NCBI GenBank assembly: GCA_963700285.1 | Contig: CAVOXA010000001.1 | Coordinates: 1,784,101 to 1,848,100 of the forward strand | Length of the DNA stretch: 64,000 nucleotides | DNA from: an uncultured Chloroflexia bacterium | Lineage (GTDB): Bacteria; Chloroflexota; Anaerolineae; JAAYZQ01 | Direction of reading: 5' to 3' | Shown: positions 55,019 through 64,000 of the stretch, piece by piece | How the letters are laid out: the number at the start of each line of letters is the position of its first letter | How positions within the stretch are numbered: the first letter of the stretch is position 1 | Made by a program: the position numbers and the translations under genes | Notes under the pieces: model-generated | The model's database searches: none | The model's input: the letters and a program-made list of their open reading frames with translations, nothing else | What the model was told of the DNA's origin: nothing

Positions 55019-55703
55019 GGGCAAGGGGCTGCTCACGCCCATCCAGCGTGCCTTCCTGCCGGTGTTCGCCAGCATGCCTGATCAAGAACAGTTCTACCTG
55101 GCTGGGGGTACGGCTTTGGCCGAGTTTTATCTTGGGCATCGCCTCTCCTTTGACCTGGATCTATTCACCGCCGAAGCCGACTTGATCCCACCCTTCGCCT
55201 ACCAGCTAGAGGCAGTCGCTCGCCAGGCCGGACTCCAGATGGAAGCAACGCGGCGGTTTTCGACCTTTGTCGAGTTCATGGTCACCCAGGACGATGAGCG
55301 CCTGCGGGTGGATCTGGGACTGGACACCCCGGTGCGGTTCGATACGCCTGTTCTGTCGGAGCACGGGGTCTTTGTCAGTCGCTACCGCGACCTCTGCGTG
55401 GACAAGCTGTTGGCCTACTTTGGCCGGGCCGAGCCCCGCGACGCCGTCGACCTCTATTTCATCCTCAAAGAAGCATCGCTCAATGAACTCTTGGACCTGG
55501 CAGTCCAAAAAGACGCAGGTTTTGATCTCTACTGGCTGGCAGTAGCCTTCAGACAGGCTGCTGAGCTTCCAGACGAACTGGAGCGCTGGCCGGTGAAGAT
55601 GCTGGCCGCCTTTGAGCCTGTGGTACTCAAGCAGATGTTCCGCGGGTTGGCTACCGAACTGATGTCCAGAGTAACAGGTGACGGTCCCAGCGCCACGGCC
55701 TAG
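55011..55703 (+). CDS. AbiEii/AbiGii-family nucleotidyltransferase toxin
   Basis: FYLAGGTALA..YLGHRLSFDLDLF; DKL...RAEPRDAVDLY. Confidence 0.92.
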   Translation: MIRGKGLLTPIQRAFLPVFASMPDQEQFYLAGGTALAEFYLGHRLSFDLDLFTAEADLIPPFAYQLEAVARQAGLQMEATRRFSTFVEFMVTQDDERLRVDLGLDTPVRFDTPVLSEHGVFVSRYRDLCVDKLLAYFGRAEPRDAVDLYFILKEASLNELLDLAVQKDAGFDLYWLAVAFRQAAELPDELERWPVKMLAAFEPVVLKQMFRGLATELMSRVTGDGPSATA

Positions 55704-55850
55704 ACATCTACCAGCGACTTGCCCACCCCCAGCAGCGAGAGCAGCCCCACCGGGATCCACCCCCCTATCCCTGTCGTTGCGAGGAGGCCGCAGGCCGACG
55801 AAGCAACCCCGACTTGCGCCCAGTGAGCATAAGGTACATTCCCGCCACAG

Positions 55851-56969
55851 CTACTCCAGACCCAGCAGGGCCGTCTTCTCCCGCCAGCTCTGTCCGGATC
55901 CCCCCGCAGGTGTCTCAGATACCGCATCGTCGTCTTCGGGTCCGCGTGCCCCAGGAACTCGCTGATCCGCGTCAGGCTCGTCCCCAGCTCCTCCTCCAGC
56001 ATCGCCGCCGAGTGCCGCAGCACGTGCACGTGGATCCGCCCCGTCGTCCAGCCCCGCCTGCCGCGCGTACCGCTTCAGCAGCCGGTTCACCTCCCCCGCC
56101 GACAGCGCCCGGTTCCCGTCCCACGCCCCCGCCATCCACATTCGGCAGCCGCGTCGCCCTGTCCGACAGCGCCGTAAACACAAAATCCCCCGGCCCCATC
56201 GCCGCCAGCCGGCCCCGCCCGCCTCCAGGTAGTCCCGGATCGCCTCCCACACCGGCGGCGGCAGCTCGTTCCGCGCCTGCTCCGTCTTCTTCCCCCGCCA
56301 CGTGTAATAGATCCGCGCCCCCCGCCCTCGCAGGTCGCCCCACCGGATCTGCCGCCACTCCGCGTTCCGCCGCCCCGTCAGCACATAGCCCAGGAACAGC
56401 GCATAGTCCCGCAGCCCGCCCACCGTGTCCCGCGGGATCGCCCCCAGCAGCCGCGCCAGCGCCCGGGCGTCCAGGAACTCGCTCTCCGTGTAGGCCTCCA
56501 CCTCCGGCCGCCGCACATTCGCCGCCGGATTGTACGCATGCAGCGGCCGCTCCCCGCCGTCCTCCGTCCGCACCAGGTACCGCGTGCTCACGAACCGGTA
56601 GAACGACGACACCGCCGACAGCCACTGCGCGATCGTCGCCGGCGACAGCCCCAGCTCCTGGCCACCGCCCCGCCGCCCCTTCCGCCTCAACCCCCGCAGC
56701 ACCGCCGGATCCAGCGCCCGGCCGGCCAGGTCCTCCGCCCACTCCTGCACATCCGCGCTCAAGATATCCTCCGGCCTCTTCTCCGAGAACGCGCACAGGT
56801 CATCCCACGCCCGCCGGTAGGCCCGCTGCGTATTCGGCGCCTTCTCCGCCAGCCACCGCTCAAAAGCCAGCGCCCACTGAAACCGACTTCCACTCCCCCG
56901 GCGCCTTTCCTCTCCCCCGGCGAGGTACGAACCCGTCTGAGCGGAGGGGATAGGAGGGGGGTGCGACAT
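55851..56969 (-). CDS. Tyrosine recombinase/integrase, frameshifted near the C-terminus
   Basis: NTQRAY; LRDYAL..TGRRNAE; HVLRH; LGHADPKTTMRY (R-H-R-H-Y catalytic set). Confidence 0.93.
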   Translation of the reverse strand: MSHPPPIPSAQTGSYLAGGEERRRGSGSRFQWALAFERWLAEKAPNTQRAYRRAWDDLCAFSEKRPEDILSADVQEWAEDLAGRALDPAVLRGLRRKGRRGGGQELGLSPATIAQWLSAVSSFYRFVSTRYLVRTEDGGERPLHAYNPAANVRRPEVEAYTESEFLDARALARLLGAIPRDTVGGLRDYALFLGYVLTGRRNAEWRQIRWGDLRGRGARIYYTWRGKKTEQARNELPPPVWEAIRDYLEAGGAGWRRWGRGILCLRRCRTGRRGCRMWMAGAWDGNRALSAGEVNRLLKRYARQAGLDDGADPRARAAALGGDAGGGAGDEPDADQRVPGARGPEDDDAVSETPAGGSGQSWREKTALLGLE

Positions 56970-57092
56970 CGCACCCCCCTTGACACTCCAGCCGACAAGC
57001 CCAACCCCCACCCCCGTCCCTCCCAGAGCCACCTGCGGCCACCAGATCCTCGACGCCAGCGCACACTCACGCCGGCTCTCCACTCCAGATGC

Positions 57093-57106
57093 AGCACATA
57101 TGTTCT
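57093..57106 (-). promoter_or_regulatory. Candidate LexA (SOS) box upstream of the integrase
   Basis: AGAACATATGTGCT has one mismatch to the GAAC-N4-GTTC box used by Gram-positives and Chloroflexota. Confidence 0.6.
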
Positions 57107-57129
57107 ATTCGAGATCCAAAAAAAAGAGA

Positions 57130-57349
57130 CCGCCACGTGTACATGGCCGGCTGGTCTACAGCCTCCTCGGTCGAAACCATCCGCAAACAGCGACGCCAGC
57201 CGTTCCATCTGCCGTTCCAGGTCCAGCGCCTCCTGCAGCGTCTCTCGCAGAAACTCACTCACACTCACGCCCTGGCCCTGCGCCATCGCCTTGACCACGA
57301 CATAGTGCTCCGGCGCCATCTTCAGGCTGACCGTCGTGACATTCGACAT
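57130..57349 (-). CDS. Small ribbon-helix-helix/CopG-like DNA-binding protein (end uncertain)
   Basis: MSNVTTVSLKM...AQGQGVSVSEFLRETL; AAAGGAG RBS. Confidence 0.7.
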
Positions 57350-57428
57350 AATCTTCTCCTTTCGCTTTCCGTTTCACTGTCATTCCTGCGGGCCCGTTCA
57401 CCCAGGCGATATGCACTCGGCCGAACAG

Positions 57429-57475
57429 AGTATACCACCACGCCGATTGACCCGTCAACCAAAGTGAGGTAAAAT
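57429..57475. promoter_or_regulatory. Back-to-back divergent promoters
   Basis: Plus strand: TTGACC(57447)-17-TAAAAT. Minus strand: TTGACG(57458)-18-TATACT. The two -35 boxes form the near-palindrome TTGACCCGTCAA. Confidence 0.7.
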
Positions 57476-57524
57476 GAGCAGCGGGAGGTATACCTTAATC
57501 CTACGTTCAAATCGAGGACCAACC

Positions 57525-58023
57525 ATGACCGAGTTGGCAAATGGCTGCGAGCTCAGATGCAGATCCGTGGCCTACAACCAGATCCAGACCTCCGTCCACA
57601 CCGGCGTCGCCCAGGGCACCCTCAGCGACATCCTGCACCAGGACCACATCCCCCAGCATCGAGACCCTCTTCCGCCTCGCCGACCACTTCGACACCGACC
57701 GCGTCGAGATCCTCATCCTCGCCGGCCACCTCCAGCGCGCCGACCAACTGCATGCTGAGCGAAGCATCAGCCCCGAACGAAGCCTCGGCCCCGATACCGC
57801 CGGCAGCGACGACGAACACCTCACCTGGCAGCTCATCCAAGAGTTCCGCCAAGTCCCCGCCGAGTGGAAAGGCGAAGCCGTCCAGCAGATAGCCATGTTC
57901 ACCCGCCTAGCCAAGCTCCCGCCAACCGGCTTCCAGCCGGCACACGTCATCGGTGACGAAGAAGACGAGGAGAAAGAGAGTGACCAAACACCCGCCGACC
58001 AGCCGACCACCCAAGCCGCCTGA
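57525..58023 (+). CDS. Xre-family HTH repressor, frameshifted
   Basis: HTH (TGVAQGTLSDIL...PSIETLFRLADHF...EILILAGH). Confidence 0.8.
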
Positions 58024-58217
58024 CTCCGCTCGGTACATGGGCCGACCACGCCACCACCTCGCCCGGTCATTCCAGCAGGTCCTTGCAGCTGGAGTTCTCC
58101 GTAGTTTGAAGGGCCTTCTGCCAAGTTGTGGCCGCAGGCCGCGGCTTTCTTCGTCAGCTGCGACCTCCGAATTTCTGCCTGCCCAGCCCCGATGCGGACG
58201 CGAGTCCGCGAAGCCGA

Positions 58218-59770
58218 GAAAACCTCAACGGACTGCTATGCATCGACACGCCAGCAACCGCACAAACTCTCGCTTATGGCGGCCTTATAGGTCGCCGGCA
58301 ATCCCCTTCGCTTCAAGTCCTGCTGCCTTCGCTCTCCTTCTTTGCAGTCGCCGCTTGCGGTCCCATCTGCGAAAGAGCCCAACGCCTGCTCATCGCAATC
58401 CCCCGGTCCGAGGACTTTGCCGATGCCGACCTCTACCTAGTCACGCCGGGTGGGCAGCCGAAGGACTCAAATCACCTCGGCACAGGCTTTCCCTGGAGCG
58501 CGGGCGAGTTTGTCTTCCAGGGCAAGGGCCTGCTGCTCGGAATGCAGGTAGGCGACCAGAACGTCGTCACCTTTCGGCCAGTTGCCGCTCGCCAATCCAT
58601 CACCCTTCTTGAGTCGCATCTGACACTTCGGCTCCAGCTACATCAAGCACGCTAACAAAGTCTTTCTTCACGAGATCCAATCCGATCCTCAGCGGAGCCG
58701 CTGTTCCATCGCAACTCTGGATGGCAGTCTCAAGAGCCTGCCCACAGCGGATAGCTGCACTCTTTTCCGAAGACGGCTCCACCATCATCAACTACGATCA
58801 CCCTGAGGATGCGCTAAGGCTGACCTTCTACGACGTGGCTCAGGACCTTAAGCCCTCCTCACCGTGGGACTCGATGGTGGCTGGTATGCTACAGTCTCAC
58901 CCGACGCCTCTCACTTTGCCTACGTCGAACAATCATACAATCGCCAGCAGATCTACCTGGCAAACAGAAGCAGCCGTCAGGAGACACTACTCGCCGATTC
59001 CTCCAATGTCACAATCGAAGATTGGTCTGACGACGGCCTTCACTTGGCATACTCCGTGACAGAGGGCACGGAAGGCGACCGGCTCCACGTCTACTCCCTA
59101 GCCGATGGAGTTGACACCACCATCCTGGAGGAAGACAGCATCCATGCGCCCAGATTCACCACCACCTCACCGCCAACCCTCTTTTTCAGTGCCGAGTCAG
59201 ATTCCGAGACATACACGTACTACACCTGGAGCCCGGAGTGGCGGACCCGCGAGCCATCAGCCAAGCTGAACAACCTTTTGCGCCTGACGCTTGGTATGTT
59301 GATGGGGATACAGTCCTGTACCTCAAAGACCCGAGCATTGAGGGCACAGTCTTCTCGATGAGTCTCCAGGCAATCCCAACAGACGGTCGAGGGCCATACT
59401 ACCTGCTCTATGAGTGGGTAGCCGAACTCGAAGCGGCCTCATCGGACAGCCAAAAGCTGGCATTCGTCGGCTTCCCGGGCAAGGCCGATATCGAAACAGA
59501 GGACCGCCCGGTCGCCCTTTATGTGACCAACACGCAGGTAGGATCTCAGCCTATCAAACTCGATGATAGCGTCACGTCTGTTAGCAATGCCTTCTTCAGC
59601 CCGGATTCCAGGTTTCTGTACTTTACACTGCACGGGTTGGCGACAACCCCCTCACCGACCTTCAAGTGCGGCGGGTTCGGGTAGACGGCAGCGGGCCGCC
59701 TCAGGTCCTGAATGAGCGCGCCATCCTCCAAGACGTCTCCTGGTCAGACAGCCTGCCTACGCTGCATAGG
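58218..59770 (+). CDS. TolB-like beta-propeller lipoprotein, heavily frameshifted
   Basis: Lipobox-like VAAC; repeats FSEDG, VSPDA, WSDDG, FFSPDS. Boundaries are approximate. Confidence 0.6.
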
Positions 59771-59934
59771 CTGGACTAGCGGGTAGCCACTTCCAAGCCG
59801 CAGTCACAAGCCACAACTTGATGCGGCTTGCCAACGATTTCGATCCCGAAGCACCAGATGCTCCAGCAGGGCGAGCTTCCGCCATCCCCCTGTCTCCCCG
59901 CCATGCTGCCGCCCCCGCGTCGCTACACGCCTGC

Positions 59935-59963
59935 TTGACATCTAGCCCCGAACCAGGTATACT
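59935..59963 (+). promoter_or_regulatory. Strong sigma70 promoter with no downstream ORF
   Basis: TTGACA-17 bp-TATACT. Confidence 0.8.
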
Positions 59964-59969
59964 GATCTC

Positions 59970-60084
59970 CGGTTGACTGTGCCGATAAGATGCATTATCG
60001 CCACAGATCACTCCACAATGCAGTCGTAAGTTAACAAGTCGAGGAGTCGAAGAACCGTACCTCAGCGCGCACGGTTCGTTTTTC
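59970..60084 (+). ncRNA. Candidate ~115-nt small RNA next to attR
   Basis: Promoter; 5' hairpin CTGTG.CGATAA-GATGCA-TTATCG.CACAG; 3' hairpin GAACCGT-12 nt-ACGGTTC followed by GTTTTT. Confidence 0.5.
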
Positions 60085-60162
60085 CTCAGCGCTCACGGTG
60101 CCTCAGGAGCGCAAACCATGCGGGCTACGGTAGGGCATTTGTCGACCACGGTTCGGGTCCGT

Positions 60163-60195
<33 letters not shown>

Positions 60196-60199
60196 GGAG

Positions 60200-60243
60200 G
60201 CCACAGGGTTCACAAGTGTGAGTGACCTTGTGGCTCTTGTGTT
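60200..60243 (+). terminator. Hairpin after the displaced tRNA 3' end
   Basis: GCCACAGGGT...ACCTTGTGGC followed by a T-rich tract. Confidence 0.6.
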
Positions 60244-60262
60244 TGTTGTCGATCTTGCGCCT

Positions 60263-60292
60263 TTGACTCCCGTCCCGAGGATGTGGTATAAT
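60263..60292 (+). promoter_or_regulatory. Promoter of the brnTA-like operon
   Basis: TTGACT-18 bp-TATAAT, with an extended TG. Confidence 0.75.
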
Positions 60293-60375
60293 GGCGGTGG
60301 TCATCGCCGCAGCGCATTGCTGCGAGGTGGTGCCAAGAACGGCCTTTGGCGTCGCTTTCTGGCTGGAGATCAACA

Positions 60376-60660
60376 ATGTACATTGATGACTTTGTTTGGC
60401 TTCCTGACATCATTGACAAACTGGCTGCCAAGCATCGGGTCAGCCAGGACGAAGCTGAAGAGGTGTTCTTCAATCGTCCACGATTTCGCATCGTTGAGGC
60501 GGGACACAGACAGGGGGAAGATGTGTATGCCGCTGGCGGTCAGAGCGATGCGGGCCGCTACCTGATCGTCTTTTTCATCCGCAAGGCGCACAACACAGCA
60601 TTGATCCTCAGCGCGAGAGACATGGATAGGAGCGAGCGCAAACGATATGAGCGAAAGTAA
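60376..60660 (+). CDS. BrnT-family toxin
   Basis: KHRVSQDEAEEVF...GRYLIVFF...LSARDMDRSERKRY. Confidence 0.9.
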   Translation: MYIDDFVWLPDIIDKLAAKHRVSQDEAEEVFFNRPRFRIVEAGHRQGEDVYAAGGQSDAGRYLIVFFIRKAHNTALILSARDMDRSERKRYERK

Positions 60661-60916
60661 GGATCGGAATCTGACCAGCATCTCTGGGGCAGAAACCCTA
60701 GAGGAGATCGGTGACTTCTGGGACTCTCATAGTCTGGCTGATCATTGGGACGAGACCCATGAGGTGCAGTTCGAGGTCAGGGCCAAGCGCCGCCGCCGGG
60801 TCACTTTGGAGCCGGAGGTCTATGACGAGATCGAAGAACAGGCTCGGGCGAGGGGTATTGCGCCCGAAACCCTGGTCAATGTCTGGCTGCTGGAACGGCT
60901 GCGGGACGCCGCGTAG
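60647..60916 (+). CDS. CopG/BrnA-family antitoxin
   Basis: EIGDFWDSHSLAD...ARARGIAPETLVNVWL. Confidence 0.88.
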   Translation: MSESKDRNLTSISGAETLEEIGDFWDSHSLADHWDETHEVQFEVRAKRRRRVTLEPEVYDEIEEQARARGIAPETLVNVWLLERLRDAA

Positions 60917-60934
60917 CCGTCACCAAGGGGGCTA

Positions 60935-61330
60935 TTGAGGGGCTTGGACGATGGTTGCAGCTTGCAAGACACCCTCTGCGAGATCCTCCACAAGGACCAC
61001 ATCCCGCAGATCGAGACCCTCTTCCGCTTGGCCGACCACTTTGGCACCGACCGCGTCGAGATCCTCTTCATTGCAGGCCACATTCAGACCGCCGACCAGC
61101 TCTCCCGCGGCCGTCCCCAACCCGACCACCGCGACTGTTTGTTGGATGAGCTGGTCCAGGAATTCCGCAGAGTCCCTGACGAGTGGAAGCAAGAAGTCAT
61201 AGCCCAAAACCGCATGTTCGTCCGCCTAGCCAACAGCCCGCCGTTCCGAGTCATCGGCGACGACACCCAATCCGAGGAGGACACAAGTCCCGAACAACCA
61301 TCGCAGCCAGTCGAAGCGCAGGTCGCTTAA
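60935..61330 (+). pseudogene. 5'-truncated paralog of the Xre repressor at 57525-58023
   Basis: TLCEILHKDHIPQIETLFRLADHFGTDRVEIL..AGH...QEFRRVPDEWK; the first HTH helices are missing. Confidence 0.75.
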
Positions 61331-61466
61331 CCTCGACCTCGAGCTAAGACATAAACCGGCACGTATTCGCCGCCCCGAGGAACGGACCCGACCGAGTAGC
61401 ACAGAGGCTAACCTGACAGCTCGGGCGCGTGTCCAGCACATCATCGCACCACTGCGGCTGTAGTAC

Positions 61467-62042
61467 ATGGAGGTGATGATGGCCAACCTACATAGGATTG
61501 TCAGCCTGATGGTCGCTCTGACAGCAATTGCTGCCTGTGCAACTCCACCGCCACCAACGCGCATGGCGATGCCGTCACCGACACCTGGTCCGCTACCAAC
61601 CTCAACCGTGATGCCCTTGCCCTCTGGGCTCAAACGGAGCTGGTTCTAGTTGAAGAGGTATTGCGCGGTGAGACAAAGCCGGTTACTTCCAAAGGGATGT
61701 GGATCGAGATTCACTCATCTTGCAGGCTCTCGGATCCTCTGTGACGGCTGCAATGGATGTGTTGAGATACGATTGCAGTGAAAACACCTGTACGCTTTGG
61801 CTCAGGGTGACCGACTCCGGTGCTTTTTGCAATACGGATTCGAAGGCGGCGAGGAAGGACCCTCTGAGCTGTGCATAGAAATGGACCCAGAGACTGGGAA
61901 GACCGTGCGCTGCAATTTTCCCGACCATACAAGGTTCATAGACATGCTGCAGCAAGTCCGTAGCTACGAGCTTCGGGATGGTCAGCTGTGGCTCTACGAT
62001 GATGGAAAACAGACCGCTTTGGTATTCGAGGGAGTACCATAG
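61467..62042 (+). CDS. Lipoprotein with META/HslJ-like domain, frameshifted
   Basis: Lipobox IAAC; Pro/Thr linker; FIDMLQQVRSYELRDGQLWLY. Confidence 0.55.
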
Positions 62043-62284
62043 AGAGCAAGCAGGGAGCCACCCAGTGCCCAAGAGCCATCAGAGCACGTCCCAGCCCAGG
62101 TCGCCTGACCCCGCCTGGGACACAGAATTCGAACAAGTCATCCGCCAGCTCCCACCCCCACACCGCCCAGCCCTCCTAACCTACCTCCGCCACCGCCACC
62201 CCTCCACCCGCCTCTTCATCCACTTCGACCAGACTGGCACAACTGACAGCGTGTATATGCCCTGCACCAAAAGGAGGAGCTATC

Positions 62285-63137
62285 ATGGCTGAACTAAGCA
62301 TGCAAGTCGTTCTGGATCTTGTCGGATGGGATTCTGGATGACAAGAGCGACACCAAGGACAGATTCCGCAAGTTCTTGTGCAACGACAAATGGCAGCCCT
62401 AGGAGTTCGAGCAGTGGATGCGAGAATGCACGGAAAAGGGCAGCGTTACGAACAAGGTCTGGTACAACGCGCTGCAAGACATCGTGGTTGCTATCGGAGA
62501 CCGACTTGGCTTCGAGGTTGAGTTCGGTCGCTATGGCGGCAGCAAGCAGGAGATCGCTGATGATGGTCTGTGGCGGCGTGCTTCAGGAGACGTACTCCTC
62601 GTTGAAGTCAAAGCTTCCGCCTGGCCGGTAACCTCTGTCGGGCAGCTTGGCGACTGACGTCAGCCGCTACGCTGACAACACGGACATGGCCGACGCCAAC
62701 GTCTTTGGTCTCTACGTGTGATCGGCGATTCCGATGTCCAGCACCTTGTTGACCAGATCAAGGGTGGCCAGTATCGGAATCGTTTGCGCCTGATCTCCTT
62801 CAAAGATCTCAGCGACTTGTGGCAATTGAAAGTCGATGTCGAGGAAGTCGCCGGCAAGGACCAAGCCGCTGGCCGAATCCAGAGTGTCCTACTACCCATT
62901 GAAAGCGTCAATGTCGGCAACTTTGTGCAGCTAATCCTCGAGATTGCTGCGCTGAAGACTGTTGAGGCTGTGGACTCAGGAGGCACAACACCCGACACGG
63001 TAATCTTCCAGTGCTCCGTGAGCCTTGGGAAAAGGCAGAGCTGCACAGCTTTTTCCGCCATAACACTGACTGGCAGACCGCTTGCCTCACTGTTATGGCA
63101 CTGGCTGATGAGGATCGGGTCCCGACGAATCGGCTGA
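62285..63137 (+). CDS. Restriction endonuclease-like (PD-(D/E)XK) protein, frameshifted or degraded
   Basis: AAAGGAGGAG RBS; LGFEVEFG...DDGLW...LLVEVK...GQL. The end is uncertain and may extend to ~63380. Confidence 0.6.
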
Positions 63138-63441
63138 AAAGACTCGCCTCCAGGGCTGGCTGACGCCCACCTACCTGCTATTGCTGGACGTGAGCTGAAG
63201 TCGCCAGCCGGACCTCGCGCCGGATTCAAGATGCGCCGGGGCAACAAGGAAGACTTTATCAGCAGTGAATGGGGACAGTTCTGCACTGACTGGATGAACT
63301 ACTACTGGCTGAAACCTCAGTACAAGGACTGGATTCGCGAGTGGGTCCTGGCCAAGAATCTCAGCATTCCGCCCACTGATGACCAAGACAGCTAGGGTGA
63401 GTCTGCTTCCCGCCATCCTCAATTAGGAGCTTGACGCCCAG

Positions 63442-63840
63442 ATGAGCACACTCGAAACCCCTCTCACACGCTGGTATTGGCGCCAAGTCGGCGGTACGCT
63501 TGTGGAGGAATTCCCCGCTGTAAGGAGAACACGCACCTGCGGCCAACGCCTGATTGACGCAGTGATTCTGCCCGATGGCCCCACCGAGATTGCCCACTGG
63601 CATGATGTGTCTCTGGACGGCAAGGATGTCATCGTGGTCCAGACCAAGAAAGGCCGCCTTGGCATGTACCTCATGGGTCAGACCTTCTTCTCGGCAGAGC
63701 TCATTGAGAGGTTCAAACCCAGGTCGGTGCGTTCAGTTGCCCTCTGCGAGGCACACGATTCCGTGCTGAGCCCCATGCTTGAGAGCTACCCAAACATGGA
63801 GGTGGTCACTTACCCGGGCCAAAAGAGCGCGACCCGGTAG
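63442..63840 (+). CDS. Hypothetical protein, PD-(D/E)XK nuclease-like
   Basis: AGGAG RBS; E...IDAVI...VVQTK...MGQ pattern. Confidence 0.6.
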   Translation: MSTLETPLTRWYWRQVGGTLVEEFPAVRRTRTCGQRLIDAVILPDGPTEIAHWHDVSLDGKDVIVVQTKKGRLGMYLMGQTFFSAELIERFKPRSVRSVALCEAHDSVLSPMLESYPNMEVVTYPGQKSATR

Positions 63841-64000
63841 CTGGCCAGCCGCACCCGTGCTTTTTGCTGGAATGCGCAGCTCTTCTCCCGTCCCTCGTGC
63901 CTCTGCCAGGCCCACTTGGGGCTGTTGCATTGTCCCTTGACATGCACTGCCAGTCATTTCTGTCATTGAGCAATATGCTGAAGCCAAGAACAACCACATA

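Overview
High-GC bacterial DNA, most consistent with Chloroflexota (Anaerolineae-like; inferred from gene content and repeat types). Many genes carry single-base frameshifts, most likely uncorrected long-read assembly errors. Layout: (1) 1-25.3 kb, a minus-strand surface-glycan cluster (GT2/GT4/GT39, methyltransferases, O-antigen ligase-like genes, Wzm/Wzt, B12 radical SAM, acyltransferase). It is interrupted by small genes (four-helix-bundle, GxxExxY nuclease, DUF433) that sit next to short-tandem-repeat arrays or hairpins. (2) 26.4-37.3 kb, a NarX/NarL-type two-component system with DUF1269, HdeD, arylsulfatase and LURP-one genes; two promoters here share a near-identical operator architecture. 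(3) 37.4-46.4 kb, a ROK-regulated sugar ABC/oxidoreductase operon whose binding protein has two tandem near-identical domains. (4) 46.7-53.3 kb, tilS, an acyltransferase and a [Cys-repeat protein]-moaA-moaC-MOSC-larC operon. (5) 53.7-64 kb, tRNA-Pro(CGG) carrying a ~6.5 kb integrated element bounded by a 51-bp att duplication. The element has TA modules, a LexA-boxed tyrosine integrase, a divergent RHH/Xre switch, a TolB-like cargo gene and a candidate small RNA containing a 15-nt match to the tRNA target site. It is followed by remnants of related elements with BrnT/BrnA and PD-(D/E)XK nuclease cargo. All calls are by eye; no database searches were run.
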